A DNA stretch of 64,000 bases from Hormiphora californensis (Eukaryota > Animalia > Ctenophora): the NCBI GenBank assembly GCA_020137815.1, contig CM035356.1:2728001-2792000 (forward strand). The letters run 5' to 3'. Made by a program: the position numbers and the translations under genes. Below the pieces are notes generated by a model, which was given only the letters and a program-made list of their open reading frames with translations, was not told the origin of the DNA and made no database searches. Below are positions 63,727-64,000 of this stretch, in pieces (position 1 is the first letter of the stretch; each line of letters starts with the position of its first letter).

Positions 63727-64000
63727 GTGTGTGTAATCCCTTTTAACGAGCAACTGTATAGAAAGAAGGCAAAACAAAGTAAATTTGAGATTGAGAGAGA
63801 GAGTCTGAGTTGGAGAAGAAGCAGCTGCTGGTGCAGTGCAATGCTTGACAAAGTCACATGCAGTGTGCGTGTGTGTCAGCGGATCAGCAGAGTTAACGAG
63901 AGAAGGGAGAGAGGGGAGAGGAGTGAGAGAAGGAAGAGGGGCGAGAGAGTTGATGAGATAGAGTTGTTGAGTAAGGGGAGAGAGGGAGAGAGTTGTTAAG

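Overview
This window is eukaryotic, intron-rich animal DNA with many GA/CT microsatellites and MITEs. The LDLa-GPCR family type and nested intronic genes suggest a ctenophore (Pleurobrachia/Hormiphora-like); that assignment is inference. No prokaryotic features or CRISPR array were found. Genes read by hand across GT-AG introns: an orphan multi-exon gene (8.4-10 kb, +); an LDLa-rich rhodopsin-class GPCR with no LRRs (-); an amnionless-like receptor (+); a tightly packed minus-strand run RAB3GAP1 > SPCS3 > EIF2B5 > NAA15; CIAO2/FAM96 (+); two diverged acidic orphan paralogs flanking a 2.85-kb foldback/MULE element; and a PLAC8-domain gene (-). NAA15 introns hold two antisense protein genes, three tRNA-Ile(AAT) genes and an intron-containing tRNA-Leu(CAA). 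Best leads: (1) an operon-like cluster with splice acceptors 2-6 nt before the ATGs, suggesting trans-splicing; (2) a tRNA whose 3' end and terminator overlap the host intron's branch point and pyrimidine tract; (3) minisatellites built from CAG|GT splice junctions; (4) the orphan paralog pair; (5) unusual DNA transposon architectures. At least seven +1 single-base insertions break otherwise intact genes and are probably consensus errors.
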